NCBI GenBank assembly: GCA_964016885.1
Contig: OZ024751.1
Span: forward strand, 10,788,001-10,852,000
DNA from: Eledone cirrhosa
Lineage: Eukaryota
DNA length: 64,000 nucleotides
Reading direction: 5' to 3'
Shown here: piece after piece, positions 42,666 through 57,984 of the stretch
Position numbering within the stretch: position 1 is the stretch's first letter
Layout of the letters: each line of letters opens with the position of its first letter
Notes under the pieces: generated by a model
Seen by the model: the letters and a program-made list of their open reading frames with translations, nothing else
What the model was told of the DNA's origin: nothing
Databases searched by the model: none
Program-made: the position numbers and the translations under genes

Positions 42666-43433
42666 ACACACAGAGACACACAGAGACACACAGAGACACA
42701 CAGAGACACACAGAGACACACAGAGACACACAGAGACACACAGACAAATATAATTAAGTATGTGTGGATGTGTATCAGGTGTTTGTATCGGTGGGTGTGG
42801 TGGAATGAACAGTCGTTCTGTTTTAATCCGGAAAGCAAAATTGTTGTAGTTGCATCCTTCTAGAAAATTCTAAATTAAAAGGGCTAGATAAGATCCCTTA
42901 GTACCTTTCACGAAAAGCAACCACCCCGTACATGTACCCGTTGTTTTATTCCAGTTCCACTCGCTAACAGCAGTAATAACCGTGTATTATATACAGTTTA
43001 GTGATGTCATTCAGTTCAGATTTGTTGGAGCAGCGATAGCAGAGAAAGAATGGAGTCAGATGTTGGTGCAAAACAGTCAGGGAAACTGTTTTGGCTCCAT
43101 CACTCTGTGTGTGTGTATTTAAGTTATATACATAACTATATATATGGATATTCGTGTATATATATATATCCTCTCTCCCTCCCTCCCCCTCTCTCTCTCT
43201 CTATATATATATATATAAGTAGGATCGAAGTCACTATATATATAGAGAGTGAGAGAGGGAGAGATAGCTACATATGTATATACACATAGATGAATATACA
43301 TATAAATAGTATACATATATATATAACTTAAATACATTCATACATACGTGTTCTTCCCCCTTTTTTATCATTTCGCCCGTTCCTTCCTCTTTTCAGTCTT
43401 TCTTTCTATTTTATCTTTTATTTCTAAGTCTAT

Positions 43434-43468
43434 CTTCTGATGAATGACTTGTGTCCGAAACGTTAGGG
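43434..43468 (+). ncRNA. Minimal hammerhead-like motif in a dispersed repeat (43345-43550)
   Basis: CTT-CTGATGA-atGAC ttgt GTCc-GAAA-CGTTA-GGG. Stems are weak. Confidence 0.4.
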
Positions 43469-43571
43469 TTCTTTTCCCGCTATTTCAAGCGTTAAACTAA
43501 TATATTTCTTCAATGTACTGTGTCGTTTGCTTTATTTATGTTTCCTTTTTACGCACACACACACAAAATGG

Positions 43572-45014
43572 TAAAGACCCCATTCGGTCACGAATGACAA
43601 TGGGATTTGTACCAATAAATTTCCCCTACGAGGCACATATCCGGGCAAGGTTGTTTGTGGAAGCCCAGCAGTTGCCCATGCTTACCAGCCCCCCTCTCCA
43701 CACCACCGATGTTGTCCAAGAGAAAGGCAAAGTCCGATACAGCTTGGTACCAGTGATGTGACAACATATATATATACACCATATATACATATTATATATA
43801 CTTTATATACACTACATGTATACTACATATACTCTACTAGCAGTGGTGCCCGGCGTTGCACGGGATAAGGTATTTTGGAACGCGGGCCGCCAACAGACCT
43901 AATCGTGGAAAAACTTCATGCCAGGACAATATGTAAAGAAAATAAACCGAATACTCTGATGGCTGGATAATCTTTAAGATTTCCCCCGATTAAGCAGGAA
44001 AAATGCAGGTTTTCACCTAATGCGGGCCTTAGGGATCAAGAAAATGAATTTTTTTATGTGCATAATATGCCTTGAAATTTCGAGAAAAATCAGCTAGACG
44101 TAACGCCTCCAAAAAGCCCTAATAAGCTGAAAAAAAAATGTTTTTCACCTAATGCAGACCCTAGGCCATAAAAAAGTTGGATTTTCTTTGCTCACGGTGT
44201 GAAGAATAGACTGACTAATACATAGTTATAATTTCAAGGAAATCGGTCTGACGTAACGCCTAAAAAAAACCCATAAAAAGCTTAAAAAACGCAGTTTTTC
44301 ACCTAATGCGGGCCCTAGGAGATCAAAAAGTTGAATATGTGCATAACACTCCCTGAAACAGGGATGTGAAATTTGAAAAAAATCGGTTGGATACTTCTCG
44401 AGCTTTAGGGATTCACACGCACACGCACGCACACGCACACGCACACACACAGATACGGAAGTGACGTAATACAGAGATATTATAAGGGTGCGACGTTATA
44501 TGTATGTATCTAAAAAGAGAAAGACTATAAGAATTATAGAGAGAGATCGCTAAATCGCCTAATGTCGTCCCTAGGCATTGAAAATTTGAAATTTTTTTTC
44601 TCAGAACACTCCCTGAAACATAAGTATTACATGTGTAAAGTTTGAAAAGAGTCGGTTGGGTGTTTCTCGAGTTTTAGGGATTCAAACTCACACACACACA
44701 CAGACATCCTCAGTTTTATATATATAGATATATAATGTTGTCCACGGCAAAGACAATGGCTGATACAGCTTGGCACCAGTAATGTGACAACATATATATA
44801 CACCATATATACATATTATATATACTTTATATACACTACATATAATGTCGGCAAAGACAATGGCCGATACAGCTTAGCGCTAGTGATTTCTACAGCTTAA
44901 TAAACTGGAGCAAAGTTAAACATTTTTTGCTCAAGGAGACAACACACCACTTGGTCTGAGAATCGAACTCACAACCTCATGATTGCAAGCCCAACGCTCT
45001 AACCACTAAGCCAT
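43572..45014 (-). mobile_element. SINE B split by an internal ~110-bp duplication and a Helitron
   Basis: Tail at 43572-43757; head with GAATCGAACTC at 44880-45014; 43709-43820 repeated at 44735-44843. Confidence 0.6.
43837..44728 (-). mobile_element. Non-autonomous Helitron-like element
   Basis: Minus strand starts TCTATATATATAAAA then (TG)n and ends CCCG tgcaacgc CGGG CACCACTGCTAG; inserted between A and T; internal repeats containing TTTTCACCTAATGC. Confidence 0.75.
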
Positions 45015-45230
45015 TCTATATACACAAACCTGTGTGTGTGTGTGTGTGTTTAAATTATCCATTTACAAGCACATAACATGAAAATAATGTACAGAATCTG
45101 TTACACATACATACATATGTACATATACTAAAGTATATATACATATTCTAAGGTATGTATGTGCGTGTATGTATATATATATATATATATACACACTAAA
45201 GTATGTGTGAATATATATTTATATACACTA

Positions 45231-45301
<71 letters not shown>

Positions 45302-45351
45302 CACTAAAGTATGTGTGAATAAATATATATATGTATATTCATATACTAAAG

Positions 45352-45384
<33 letters not shown>

Positions 45385-45466
45385 CAGATACTTTAGTATA
45401 TGAATATACATATATATATTTATTCACACATACTTTAGTGTATATATATATACATATAAAGTATCA

Positions 45467-45522
<56 letters not shown>

Positions 45523-45554
45523 AAAGTTATATTTAAATTGTTGGGTTAATATCG

Positions 45555-45601
<47 letters not shown>

Positions 45602-46044
45602 GCAAAAGTATAGGCATATGCACACAGGAATATACGCACATCATCCACACACATCATACTTATCTACTACACATCTACACACATATATATACACACATAT
45701 ATATACACTCTGATATAGACATATGCACTGAATATAGGTGCGATGCTAAGATAGATCTGCTGTTGTCTGCAATTAATGTGACTCGGTTTGCATTTGATGC
45801 CCGAATGCATTTGACATGTATTTCCTCTCAAGCAGCAACACCACCCCTATATACACACACATCCGCCCTGTCTGTACACCATATGCACACTACACCTCAA
45901 AGGTGTCCACCCTGACCGCTCATTCACACATTGTCCATACAAAAGACATCCCTGTCTTCTTTCCCCACCAAGACGTGCTGATATATCGTTGGATGTGTTA
46001 TAGTTATATAGACTCCGAGAACTGACATTTCTCCTGTGTGTACG

Positions 46045-46089
<45 letters not shown>

Positions 46090-46098
<9 letters not shown>

Positions 46099-46249
46099 TC
46101 TATATATATATGTGTGTATGTGCGTCTATATATATATGTGTGTATTTGCGTCTATATATATATATATCTGCGTCTATATATATATATATATATATATCTG
46201 CGTCTATATATATATGTGTGTATGTGCGTCTATATATATATATATCTGC

Positions 46250-46288
<39 letters not shown>

Positions 46289-47097
46289 CGTCTATATATA
46301 TATGTGCGTCTCTCTCTCTCTCTATATATATATATGCGTCTATATATATATATATGTTTATGTACGTCTATATATATATATATATGTGTATGTACGTCTA
46401 TATATATATGTGTATGTGCGTCTATATATATATATATGTGTATGTGCGTCTATATGTGTATGTGCGTCTCTATATATATATATATGTGTATGTGCGTCTA
46501 TATATATATATATATATGTGTATGAGCGTCTATATATATATATATGTGTATGTGCGTCTATATATATATATATGTGTATGTGCGTCTATATATATATATA
46601 TGTGTATGTGCGTCTATATATATATATGTGTATGTGCGTCTATATATATATATGTGTATGTGCGTCTATATATATATATGTGTATGTGCGTCTATATATG
46701 TGTATGTGCGTCTATATATATATATGTGTATGTGCGTCTATATATATATATGTGTATGTGCGTCTATATATATATATATGTGTATGTGCGTCTATATATA
46801 TATATATGTGTATGTGGGTCTATATATATATATGTGTATGTGCGTCTATATATATATATATATATATGTGTATGTGCGTCTATATATATATATATATATA
46901 TGTGTATGTGCGTCTATATATATATATATATATGTGTATGTGCGTCTATATATATATATATATATATGTGTATGTGCGTCTATATATATATATATATATA
47001 TGTGTATGTGCGTCTATATATATATGTGTATGTGCGTCTATATATATATATATATATATATATGTGTATGTGCGTCTATATATATATGTGTATGTGC

Positions 47098-47132
<35 letters not shown>

Positions 47133-47144
47133 ATGTGTATGTGC

Positions 47145-47185
<41 letters not shown>

Positions 47186-47197
47186 ATGTGTATGTGC

Positions 47198-47232
<35 letters not shown>

Positions 47233-47400
47233 ATGTGTATGTGCGTATATATATATATATATGTAATGTGTATGTGCGTCTATATATATATATATATAAT
47301 GTATGTGCGTGTATATATATATGTGTGTATGTGCGTGTATATATATATATATATGTGTATGTGCGTGTATATATATGTGTATGTGCGTCTATATATATAT
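46090..47400. repeat. GTGTATGTGCGTC(TA)n compound tandem repeat
   Basis: Fixed anchor with variable TA spacer. Confidence 0.85.
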
Positions 47401-47609
47401 ATATATGAGTTTATATATATATATATATATATGTTTATTTATATATATATATATATATGAGTTTATTTATATATATATATATGAGTTTATTTATATATAT
47501 ATATATATATGAGTTTATTTATATATATATATATATATGAGTTTATATATATATATATGAGTTTATTTATATATATATATATGAGTTTATTTATATATAT
47601 ATATATGAG

Positions 47610-47660
<51 letters not shown>

Positions 47661-48048
47661 ATATGAATGCATATATCTATGTATATATGTTCACATACAC
47701 ACACACACACATATATACATATATATATATTTATGGTTTCTGAAGTATAGAAAATTATGTTCAAGTCTTTTCTTCTTGCCACCCTTCTACCAGTTACCTC
47801 AAACAAACACCCATAAATCATTTTGGTTTATCTGATATTGATTTCTAACTCCATTTTCTGACACATTGCTGTTACTGGTTAATTTAATTAAATGCAGGAA
47901 TGATGAATTGAAAAAAAAAAAAAAAAAATGGCTTACCATAATGAGAATCGAACTCAGAACGGAAAGGTACATAAGAGAATATCTACCTTAATCCATGTCA
48001 TATGTCGATGAATCTTTGCATATTTTGAGCCCTAGTATTGTTAGTTAA

Positions 48049-48180
48049 AGGCGGTGAATTGCTTGGCGGTATTTGCTTCAGCTCTCTGAAGTTTCTGAGT
48101 TCAAATCGAGCTGCGGTCAACTTTTCATTTCATTCATTCAAGGTCGATGGTAAAGTTCTAGTCTAGTACTGACGTCGATT
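48049..48180 (+). mobile_element. SINE A relic
   Basis: AGGCGGTGAATTG...CTGAGTTCAAATC...CAACTTTTCATTTCATTC..GGTCGAT. Confidence 0.5.
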
Positions 48181-48621
48181 CTTCTTCTATATTTTTATCT
48201 TACTACCATTCTATCATTCCTTGGAAGACATCTGTTGTATTCAGGCCTGGAGAGGGATCGGCTCAACCAGGCTTTAAAAATGCCTTAGAAACGCTGTATG
48301 CCAAAACAGCGCCGCTCCAACTCCCTCAGGAGTTACGGGACCATGCATACATATCTTGTTGGTTAATTTAATAGATGCCCGAATGATAATTTGAAGCAAA
48401 CGAACTCCAAAAAAATGTAGACGGACCATGGTGGGATTTGATTCAGAAACAAAGAAGAAACTCAATTCTTACTATAAATCTTTTATATCTCACTGAACCT
48501 TCTAAAGACGACTCATTGGCAAAGTTATCAACGCACTCAATAGAATACTTCTGACGTTGACCGTGTTAATGGAATGGTTGACATAACGAAGGTCCACGTA
48601 GTGTTATTAAATCGAGCGATA

Positions 48622-48810
48622 AGGCGGTGGATTGGCAGTATCAGTTGGGCGTCGTACAGCATGCTTTGCAGCATGAATCCCGCTGAGGTTAAGCTTTGCC
48701 TGTTATCCCTACGAGGTCGATTGATTAAAGCATCTGTAAAGCACTGGGGTCGATTAAAAGACTTTTCCCTTCCTCCAAAATTGTTGGCCTTGTACCTAAA
48801 TCAGAAAGCG
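48622..48810 (+). mobile_element. SINE A, diverged copy
   Basis: AGGCGGTGGATTGGCAGTATC...TTGTTGGCCTTGTACCTAAATCAGAAA. Confidence 0.65.
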
Positions 48811-49122
48811 TTAATGTAAGGATGGTTCTTGTAAAGAAGATCACTATATGTAAAAACGTTCACCACATGTAAAAACGTTCACCACATGTAAAAACGTTGA
48901 ATAAATAAATGTATATATATATATATATTAATGTATGTGTGTATTTGTCTCTCCACCTGTCTAACGAGCAGATCGATACTGGAGTCGGGTCCTTAACTCT
49001 TATAGGTTACTTTGAGCCAATCCTCTGCGAAACGCGGCGCAACAGATCGATACGCAGTAAATATTTTTCATATGTAAACGAAACTTCCCCGTTTTTCTAT
49101 TTTTATATATATTTATAATATA

Positions 49123-49162
<40 letters not shown>

Positions 49163-49174
49163 ATATACGATATA

Positions 49175-49216
<42 letters not shown>

Positions 49217-49219
49217 TAT

Positions 49220-49562
49220 AAGAAAAATGGAGTGCTGCGTGGTTGCACATGGGTTACATATGAATAACATTAGTCCTTCATCAGTGATCTTCCAACCTTC
49301 ATTGGTATTTCATCGCTTTAAAAATCATATACCTCTGGTTGGTGCGAGCAATAACTAAATAAAGTTATTGGGACAAGTAAAATAGCGTAAAGCGAGCGAA
49401 ACATGTAAACAAGCAATGTTTGTTTACTTGTCTAGCTCGCTTTACGCTATTCTACTTGTCCCAATAACTTTATTTAGTTATTGCTCGCACCAACCAGAGG
49501 TATATGATTTTTAAAGCGATGAAATACCAATGAAGGTTGGAAGATCACTGATGAAGGACTAA
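49220..49562. mobile_element. Fold-back copy of the 24185 family
   Basis: About 128-bp inverted arms (49270-49398 and 49435-49562) around a short hairpin spacer, within (TA)n. Confidence 0.65.
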
Positions 49563-49567
49563 TTTTA

Positions 49568-49630
<63 letters not shown>

Positions 49631-50340
49631 TTGTACATATATAATGTGTGCCCATGAAAGTGCGTGGACGCGCACACGCACAGAGAGGGAGAGTTTTTAA
49701 TATCAAGAAATTTACTGAAGTAATCTGGAAATAAAGAATAGAAGAAAAATAAAAAGAACTAAAACGACATAAGAAATTTATCAAAAAAAGAGGGGCGTGA
49801 CGGGTAGGCAGTGACAGACGCTACACCCCAGTTTGTTTGGTGTCTCTCGGCTGTGTCTTGAGGCCAAACTGCGAAGACATTGCCATGGGAAACGGTTACG
49901 ACACCCACTGCAACGGGTCTCCTTCCTTAGGCGGATTGTTAAAATATAATTAAGCCACACAACAAATATAAAACCGACTCAATCATAATTCGATGAATTA
50001 TCTATTGGGATTTCATTTTAAATATTTGAAAAGATTTAAATAAATTTACAAAATAAAATAAAATTCCTGACTTTGCATTTATATAATAACAATAATAATA
50101 ATGATAATAATAACAATAATAAATATTATTTTATTATTATTGTATTTTAATATTGCAAACCAGATCAGGCTTTTTGTTAACGAATATAACAATTATATTT
50201 AATAAAATATTTCTCTCTCTCAGGCCCAGGCACAGACACAAATATAAATATTTATATATATATATATGCACATAAATAGCCCCTTACACACACATGTGTG
50301 TGTCTCTGTGTGTATACATATAAATACAATTTGTCATGAT

Positions 50341-50372
<32 letters not shown>

Positions 50373-50414
50373 CATAAATATATATAGATGCTCACATATA
50401 TGTATATATATATA

Positions 50415-51160
50415 TGTATATAAATATCCTTGTATATATATATATGTATATATATACATATATATATGTATATAAATATCCTTGTATTTATATATATGTA
50501 TATAAATATCCTTGTATATATATATATGTATATATATACATATATATATGTATATAAATATCCTTGTATTTATATATATGTATATAAATATCCTTGTATA
50601 TATATATGTATATATATATACATATATATATATGTATATAAATATCCTTATATATATACATATGTATATAAATATCCTTATATATATACATATGTATATA
50701 AATATCCTTATATATATACATATGTATATAAATATCCTTATATATATACATATGTATATAAATATCCATATATATATACATATGTATATAAATATCCATA
50801 TATATATACATATGTATATAAATATCCTTATATATATACATATGTATATAAATATCCTTATATATATACATATGTATATAAATATCCTTATATATATACA
50901 TATGTATATAAATATCCATATATATATACACATGTATATAAATATCCATATATATATATACACATACGTATATAAATATCCATATATATATACACATATG
51001 TATATAAATATCCATATATATATACACATATGTATATAAATATCCATATATATATATACACATATGTATATAAATATCCATATATATATATATACACATA
51101 TGTATATAAATATCCATATATATATATATATACACATATATATAAATATCCATATATATA
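50415..51160. repeat. ~30-bp AAATATCC-anchored tandem repeat
   Basis: AATATCCTTATATATATACATATGTATATA units. Confidence 0.85.
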
Positions 51161-51171
51161 TATATATACAC

Positions 51172-51205
<34 letters not shown>

Positions 51206-51504
51206 CTGTCTTTATGTATGAATTCACATATATATATATGTGTGTGTGCGTGCGTGCGTGTGTGTGTGTGTGCGCGCGCGCGCGTGTGTGTGTAATGCGG
51301 TGTGCCTTTAACTATCCACAGCTGTAGCTTTCGATATAAACAAGACAAGACCATCCATCAGCAGATGTCAATATGATAATCAAATCTATGAGTCACAGAC
51401 GTCAGAGAATATCACATGAATAAAACACACATCACAGGGATACTTCATGTCACATTAATTTTAATTAATATTTGATGAGTTCATAAATTTTTGAAATTAT
51501 GTGC

Positions 51505-51513
51505 GTATGCATG

Positions 51514-51599
<86 letters not shown>

Positions 51600-53400
51600 A
51601 TGTTTATATATATGTGTGTATATATATGTATATGTATGTATGTATGTGTATATGTATGTATATATGTATGTGTATATGTATGTATGTGTATATGTATGTA
51701 TATGTATGTATATGTATGTATGTATATGTATGTATGTATATGTATGTATATGTATGTATATGTATGTATATATATGTATATGTATGTATATATATGTATA
51801 TGTATGTATATATATGTATATGTATGTATATATATGTATATGTATGTATGTATATGTATGTATGTATATGTATGTATGTATATGTATGTATATGTATGTA
51901 TATGTATGTATATGTATGTATGTATATGTATGTATATGTATGTATATATATATGTATATGTATGTATATGTATGTATATATATATGTATATGTATGTATA
52001 TATATATGTATATGTATGTATATATGTGTATGTATGTATATATATGTGTATGTATGTATGTGTATGTATGTATATATATATGTGTATGTATGTATATATA
52101 TATGTGTATGTATGTATATATATATGTATGTATATATATATGTATATGTATATATATATGTGTATGTATATATATATGTATATGTATGTATATGTATGTA
52201 TATATGTATGTATATGTATGTATATATGTATGTATATGTATGTATATATGTATGTATATGTATGTATATATGTATGTATATGTATGTATATATGTATGTA
52301 TATGTATGTATATATGTATGTATATGTATGTATATATGTATGTATATGTATGTATATATGTATATGTATATGTATATATATATGTATATGTGTGTATGTA
52401 TATGTGTATGTATATATATATGTATGTATATGTATGTGTATATGTATGTATATGTATGTATATAGGTATGTATATATATATGTATGTGTATGTATATGTA
52501 TGTGTATGTGTATGTATATGTATATGTATGTGTATGTATATATATATGTATATGTATGTATATATGTATGTATATATGTATGTATATATATATGTATATG
52601 TATGTATATATGTATGTATATATGTATATGTATGTATATATATATGTATATGTATGTATATATATATGTATATGTATGTATATATATATGTATATGTATG
52701 TATATATATATGTATATGTATGTATATATATATGTGTATGTATGTATATATATATGTATATGTATGTATATATATATGTATATGTATGTATATATATATG
52801 TATATGTATGTATATATATATGTATGTATGTATATATATATGTATGTATATATATATGTATATATATGTATGTATATATGTATGTATATATGTATGTATG
52901 TATGTATATATGTATATATATATGTATGTATATATGTATATATATATGTATGTATATATGTATGTATATATATATGTATATATATATGTAATATATACAC
53001 ATGTATATGTATGTATATATATTTGTATATTTTATGTTTATATATATGTATATATATATATATATATAGTGTGTGTGTGTATGTATATATATTTGTATAT
53101 TTTATGTTTATATATACGTATATATATATATATATATATATAGTGTGTGTGTGTATGTATATATATTTTATGTTTATATATATGTTTATATATATATATA
53201 TATGTGTACATTTTATATTCATATATATGTATATATCTATGTATATATGTATATATATATATATATATATGCATATACATGTGTGTGTATATAATTGTAT
53301 GTATATTATATGTACATATGCATGTATATTTATATATGCGTATGTATATTATATTTATATATATGTATATTATATATATATATTATATATATATATACAC
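51505..53400. repeat. (TATG)/(TA)n microsatellite field; similar fields at 320-2460, 3430-6530, 9440-12495, 27000-27780, 55780-57050
   Basis: Direct inspection. Confidence 0.95.
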
Positions 53401-53429
53401 ACACACATACTTGAGAGGTACTACTACAA

Positions 53430-54639
53430 ATAATTGTTTCTACTTTTGGCACAACGCCAGCAATTATGTCAGTGTATTACTGGTACACTATTTTATCGAC
53501 CCCGTAAGGATAAAAAGCAAAGTTAACTTCGGGATTTGAACTCAGACCATAAAGGGCCGTAACTGTTTGCTACAAAGCATGGCGTCCGACTCTCTACCGA
53601 TATTGACAATCCAATGGTTTCTCATATAGGCACAAGGCCATCAAGTTTGGGGGAGGGGAAATTCGATCAAATCGATCCCAGTGCGCGACTGGTACTTTAT
53701 TTTATCGACCCCGTAAGGATGAAAAGCAAAGTTAACCTCGGCGGGATTTGAACTCAGATCACAGAGGGACGTAACTCTATGCTGTAAAGCGTGGCGTCAG
53801 ACCCTCTACCGATACTGCCTATCCAGCGCCCGAATAATAATTGTAATTATTGTTTCTACTTTTGGCACAAGGCCAGCAAATTACCCAGTGTATTACTGGT
53901 ACTTTATTTTATCGACCCCGTAAGGATGAAAGGCAAAGTTAACCTCGGCGGGATTTGTACTCAGAATGGCAAGGACCGTAACTCTATGCGTCAAAGAATG
54001 GCGTCCGACCTTCTACCGATACTGCCAATTGTAATAATAATAATTGTTTCTACATTTAGCACTAGGCCAGCAAATACCCAGTACATTACTGGTACTTTTG
54101 TTTATCGACCCCGTAAGGATGAAAGGCAAAGTTTACCTCGGCGGGATTTGAACTCAGAATGGCAAGGGCCGTAACTCTTTGCTGCAAAGCATGGCGTCCG
54201 ACCCTCTACCGATACTGCCAATCCAATAATAATAATAATAATGGTTTCTTATATAGGCACAAGGCCAGCAATTTTTGGGGAGGGAAGGTCGATTAAATCG
54301 GCCCCAGTACGTGACTGGTACTTTCTTTTATCGACCCCGAAAGGTTTAAAGGCAAAGTTAACCTCGGCGGCATTTGAACTTAGACGGTAAAGGGGCATAA
54401 ACTCTATGCTGCAAAGCATGGCGTCCGACCCTCTACCGATACAATAAAAATAATTGTTTCTACTTCAGGCACAAGGCCAGCAATTATCCCAGTGCATTAC
54501 TGGTACTTTATTTTATCGACCCCGTAAGGATGAAAGGCAAAGTCAACCTCGGCGGGATTTGAACTCAGATCGAAAAGGGACGTACTATGCTGGAAAGCAT
54601 GGCGTCCGACCCTCTACTGATACTGCCAATTCACCGCCC
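53430..54639 (-). mobile_element. Six head-to-tail SINE A copies
   Basis: Copies start at about 53430, 53613, 53848, 54041, 54240 and 54451; order short-long-short-short-long-short. Confidence 0.85.
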
Positions 54640-54996
54640 TTATCCAATAATAATGATGATGATAATGATGGGGATGATGACAAATATAAAATGAATTCTT
54701 TGAAAGCAATTTTATGAATTTCAACCACTTTCCAATGAAAGATTCATATTCTCATAATTAAAAAAAAAATACTTGTCTACAATATTTATTTCAATAATCT
54801 TTACCCATTCCATCGTCTCCCTCGATTGTCTGTTGTTGTTGTTGTTATCATCATCGTTATCATGATTATCAACATCACAACCCATCCTGCCCTTATTATT
54901 ATCATCATCACAATCCCACTTTATTCTGCTCTTCCTCCCCCTCCTCATCACTTTATTATTAATTTATGACATTTTTTTTCAATGATGAAATTCATA

Positions 54997-55044
<48 letters not shown>

Positions 55045-55085
55045 CATTAACATTACTATTATTATATTCTCATCCTAATCATTGT

Positions 55086-55156
<71 letters not shown>

Positions 55157-55896
55157 AGAATAATAAGTATAACATATTATTATATTCATAATTTTTTTTA
55201 ATTATATATATTTAAGAAAACGAGAAAGCAAATAAATATAAGGAATGAATACTAATAATAATAATAACAATAATAATAATAATGATGATGATGGTTTCAT
55301 TTAGTGGCCACAAGGGCCGACATATTCGGGACAATACAAAGACAGGGACGGTGGGGAAGGGAGGTTATAATAAAAACGAGTAAAAATACACAATAACAAA
55401 AACAATTAACAAGGAAAATATATTAAAATATATTTTAAAAAAAATCATAATGATAATATTAATAACAATAACAACACTAACAACGATATTATTAATATTC
55501 CTAATTTAATTCCTTGGTCACAATAGCTATAGGATGATGTCCTAAACGCAAATCAAACGTAAATATTGGCTTGTTGTAAATGTAATTTTAATATATAATT
55601 ATAGTGTTTTGTGAAATCTGTGATATTGACTAAGTGAGACAGAATTACGTAAGAACGTTCCACACTTGGGATTGACATTTTTTTAACAAACAACTGTCAA
55701 ATTATGTAACATACTCCAGATCACCACTGGCAATGACAAGTACACATTCCTAAACTACCCACATCACATACAAACACATACAAGCACACACACACACACA
55801 CACACACATTATATATATATATATATATATATTATACACACAGACATATATATAATTATATATATGTATGTATGTATGTGTGTGTATATATACATT

Positions 55897-55951
<55 letters not shown>

Positions 55952-56007
55952 TAATACATATAAATGCATACATCACACACATACACAAATATATGTATAT
56001 GTATGTA

Positions 56008-56055
<48 letters not shown>

Positions 56056-56208
56056 AATGTATATATACACACACACATATATATAAATATAAATGTATAT
56101 ATACACACACACATATATATATATATAAATATAAATGTATATATACACACACATATATATATATGTATATATATATATATAAATATAAATGTATATATAT
56201 ACACACAC

Positions 56209-56239
<31 letters not shown>

Positions 56240-56266
56240 AATATAAATGTATATATATACACACAC

Positions 56267-56305
<39 letters not shown>

Positions 56306-57380
56306 CACATATATATATATATATATAAATATATATGTATATATACACACACACACATATATATATATATAAATATAAATGTATATATACACACACACAC
56401 ATATATATATATATATAAATATAAATGTATATATACACACACACATATATATATATATATAAATATAAATGTATATATACACACACACATATATATATAT
56501 ATATATAAATATAAATGTATATATACACACACATATATATATATGAATATAAATGTATATATACACACACATATATATATGAATATAAATGTACACACAC
56601 ACACACACATACACACATACATACATACATACATATATATATAACATACATACATATATATATAACATACATACATATATATATAACATACATACATATA
56701 TATATAACACATACATATATATATAACATATATATATATAACATATATATATATATAACATATATATATATATAACATATATATATATATAACATATATA
56801 TATATAAAACATATATATAATATATATATGAATATATATATTGTATACACGTTTAATATATTCATATAACTAACTTCGTACATACTCACATACATACATA
56901 CACTCACATACATATATATAAAATATACATATAATATATATATGAATATATATATTGTATACACGTTTAATATATTCATATAACTAACTTCGTACATACA
57001 CTCACATACATAAATATAAGCATCTTTTCATATATACATACACACTCATATATATTCCGAAAGAACTGTATATGTTAATAAGTGCACGTTAGGAAAATAT
57101 TAATACTATATCCAATCTTTCGTATAAACATTCTCAGACATTCTTCAATTTTCATAAATTCCATTGGGGCAATATTTGAGAATTCTATAAATTCGGTGTT
57201 TTGTCGATTGCTTGCTCTGTTCTGAACCTTTGAATGGTTTAGTCATATATATATATATATTTATATGAATATGTGTGTATATATATATATATATATGTTT
57301 ATATGCATGTGCGTATATATTTATATGAATATGTGTGTATATATGTATTTGTATATATATATATATATATATATATATGT

Positions 57381-57570
57381 AGGAACGAGTAGGACCCCGA
57401 CGGCTGAGCTCAAGCCGTTTCGACGGCTAATTCTGTCCAGAATTAGCCGTCGAAACGGCTTGAGCTCAGCCGTCGGGGTCCTACTCGTTCCTTTCACCCA
57501 CTCTACTACCCTAAGTATTGAGTACTTTGGTGCGTTATGGTCCACCTGTTTCCTTACCACATTTCCTTCG

Positions 57571-57573
<3 letters not shown>
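57381..57573 (+). mobile_element. Family P1 copy with a near-perfect 112-bp palindrome
   Basis: Palindrome 57381-57492 followed by the shared tail running into (TA)n. Confidence 0.75.
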
Positions 57574-57608
<35 letters not shown>

Positions 57609-57706
57609 TCATATGCATGTGTGTATATATTTACATGCATATGTGTGTATATATGTATGTATGTGTATATATGTATGTGTATGTATGTATGTTTGTGTGT
57701 GTAGGT

Positions 57707-57984
57707 GGAGGCACGTGGTCTAGTGGTAAGAGTGTTGATCTTACAATCATAATGTCGCGGGTTCGATTCCTGGGCTGCGTGTTGTGTTCTTGAGCAAAAT
57801 ACTTCATTTCACGTTGCTCCAGTATACTCAGCTGAAAATGAGTGCCAGCAATAGCTGGAGGTTTAACCCTGCGATGGACTGGCGTCCTGTCCAGGGGGGA
57901 GTCTTGTACTCTCAGTAGCTTCATGCCATGAAACCGGGTTAACACCGGCCAAACGAGCCTTCTGGCTTAAGACAGACTTTATAC
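57707..57984 (+). mobile_element. tRNA-type SINE (B-like head, V-domain-like block)
   Basis: A-box TGGTCTAGTGG, B-box GGTTCGATTCC, then AACCCTGCGATGGACTGGCGTCCTGTCCAGGGG. Confidence 0.75.

Noticed and set aside
51465-53433. 500-640 aa YI/CM-rich ORFs and all similar ORFs in the track
   Set aside because: Translations of (TA)/(TATG) microsatellites, which lack stop codons.
57707-57780. tRNA gene
   Set aside because: A and B boxes are present, but there is no intact cloverleaf and the sequence continues into a SINE body.
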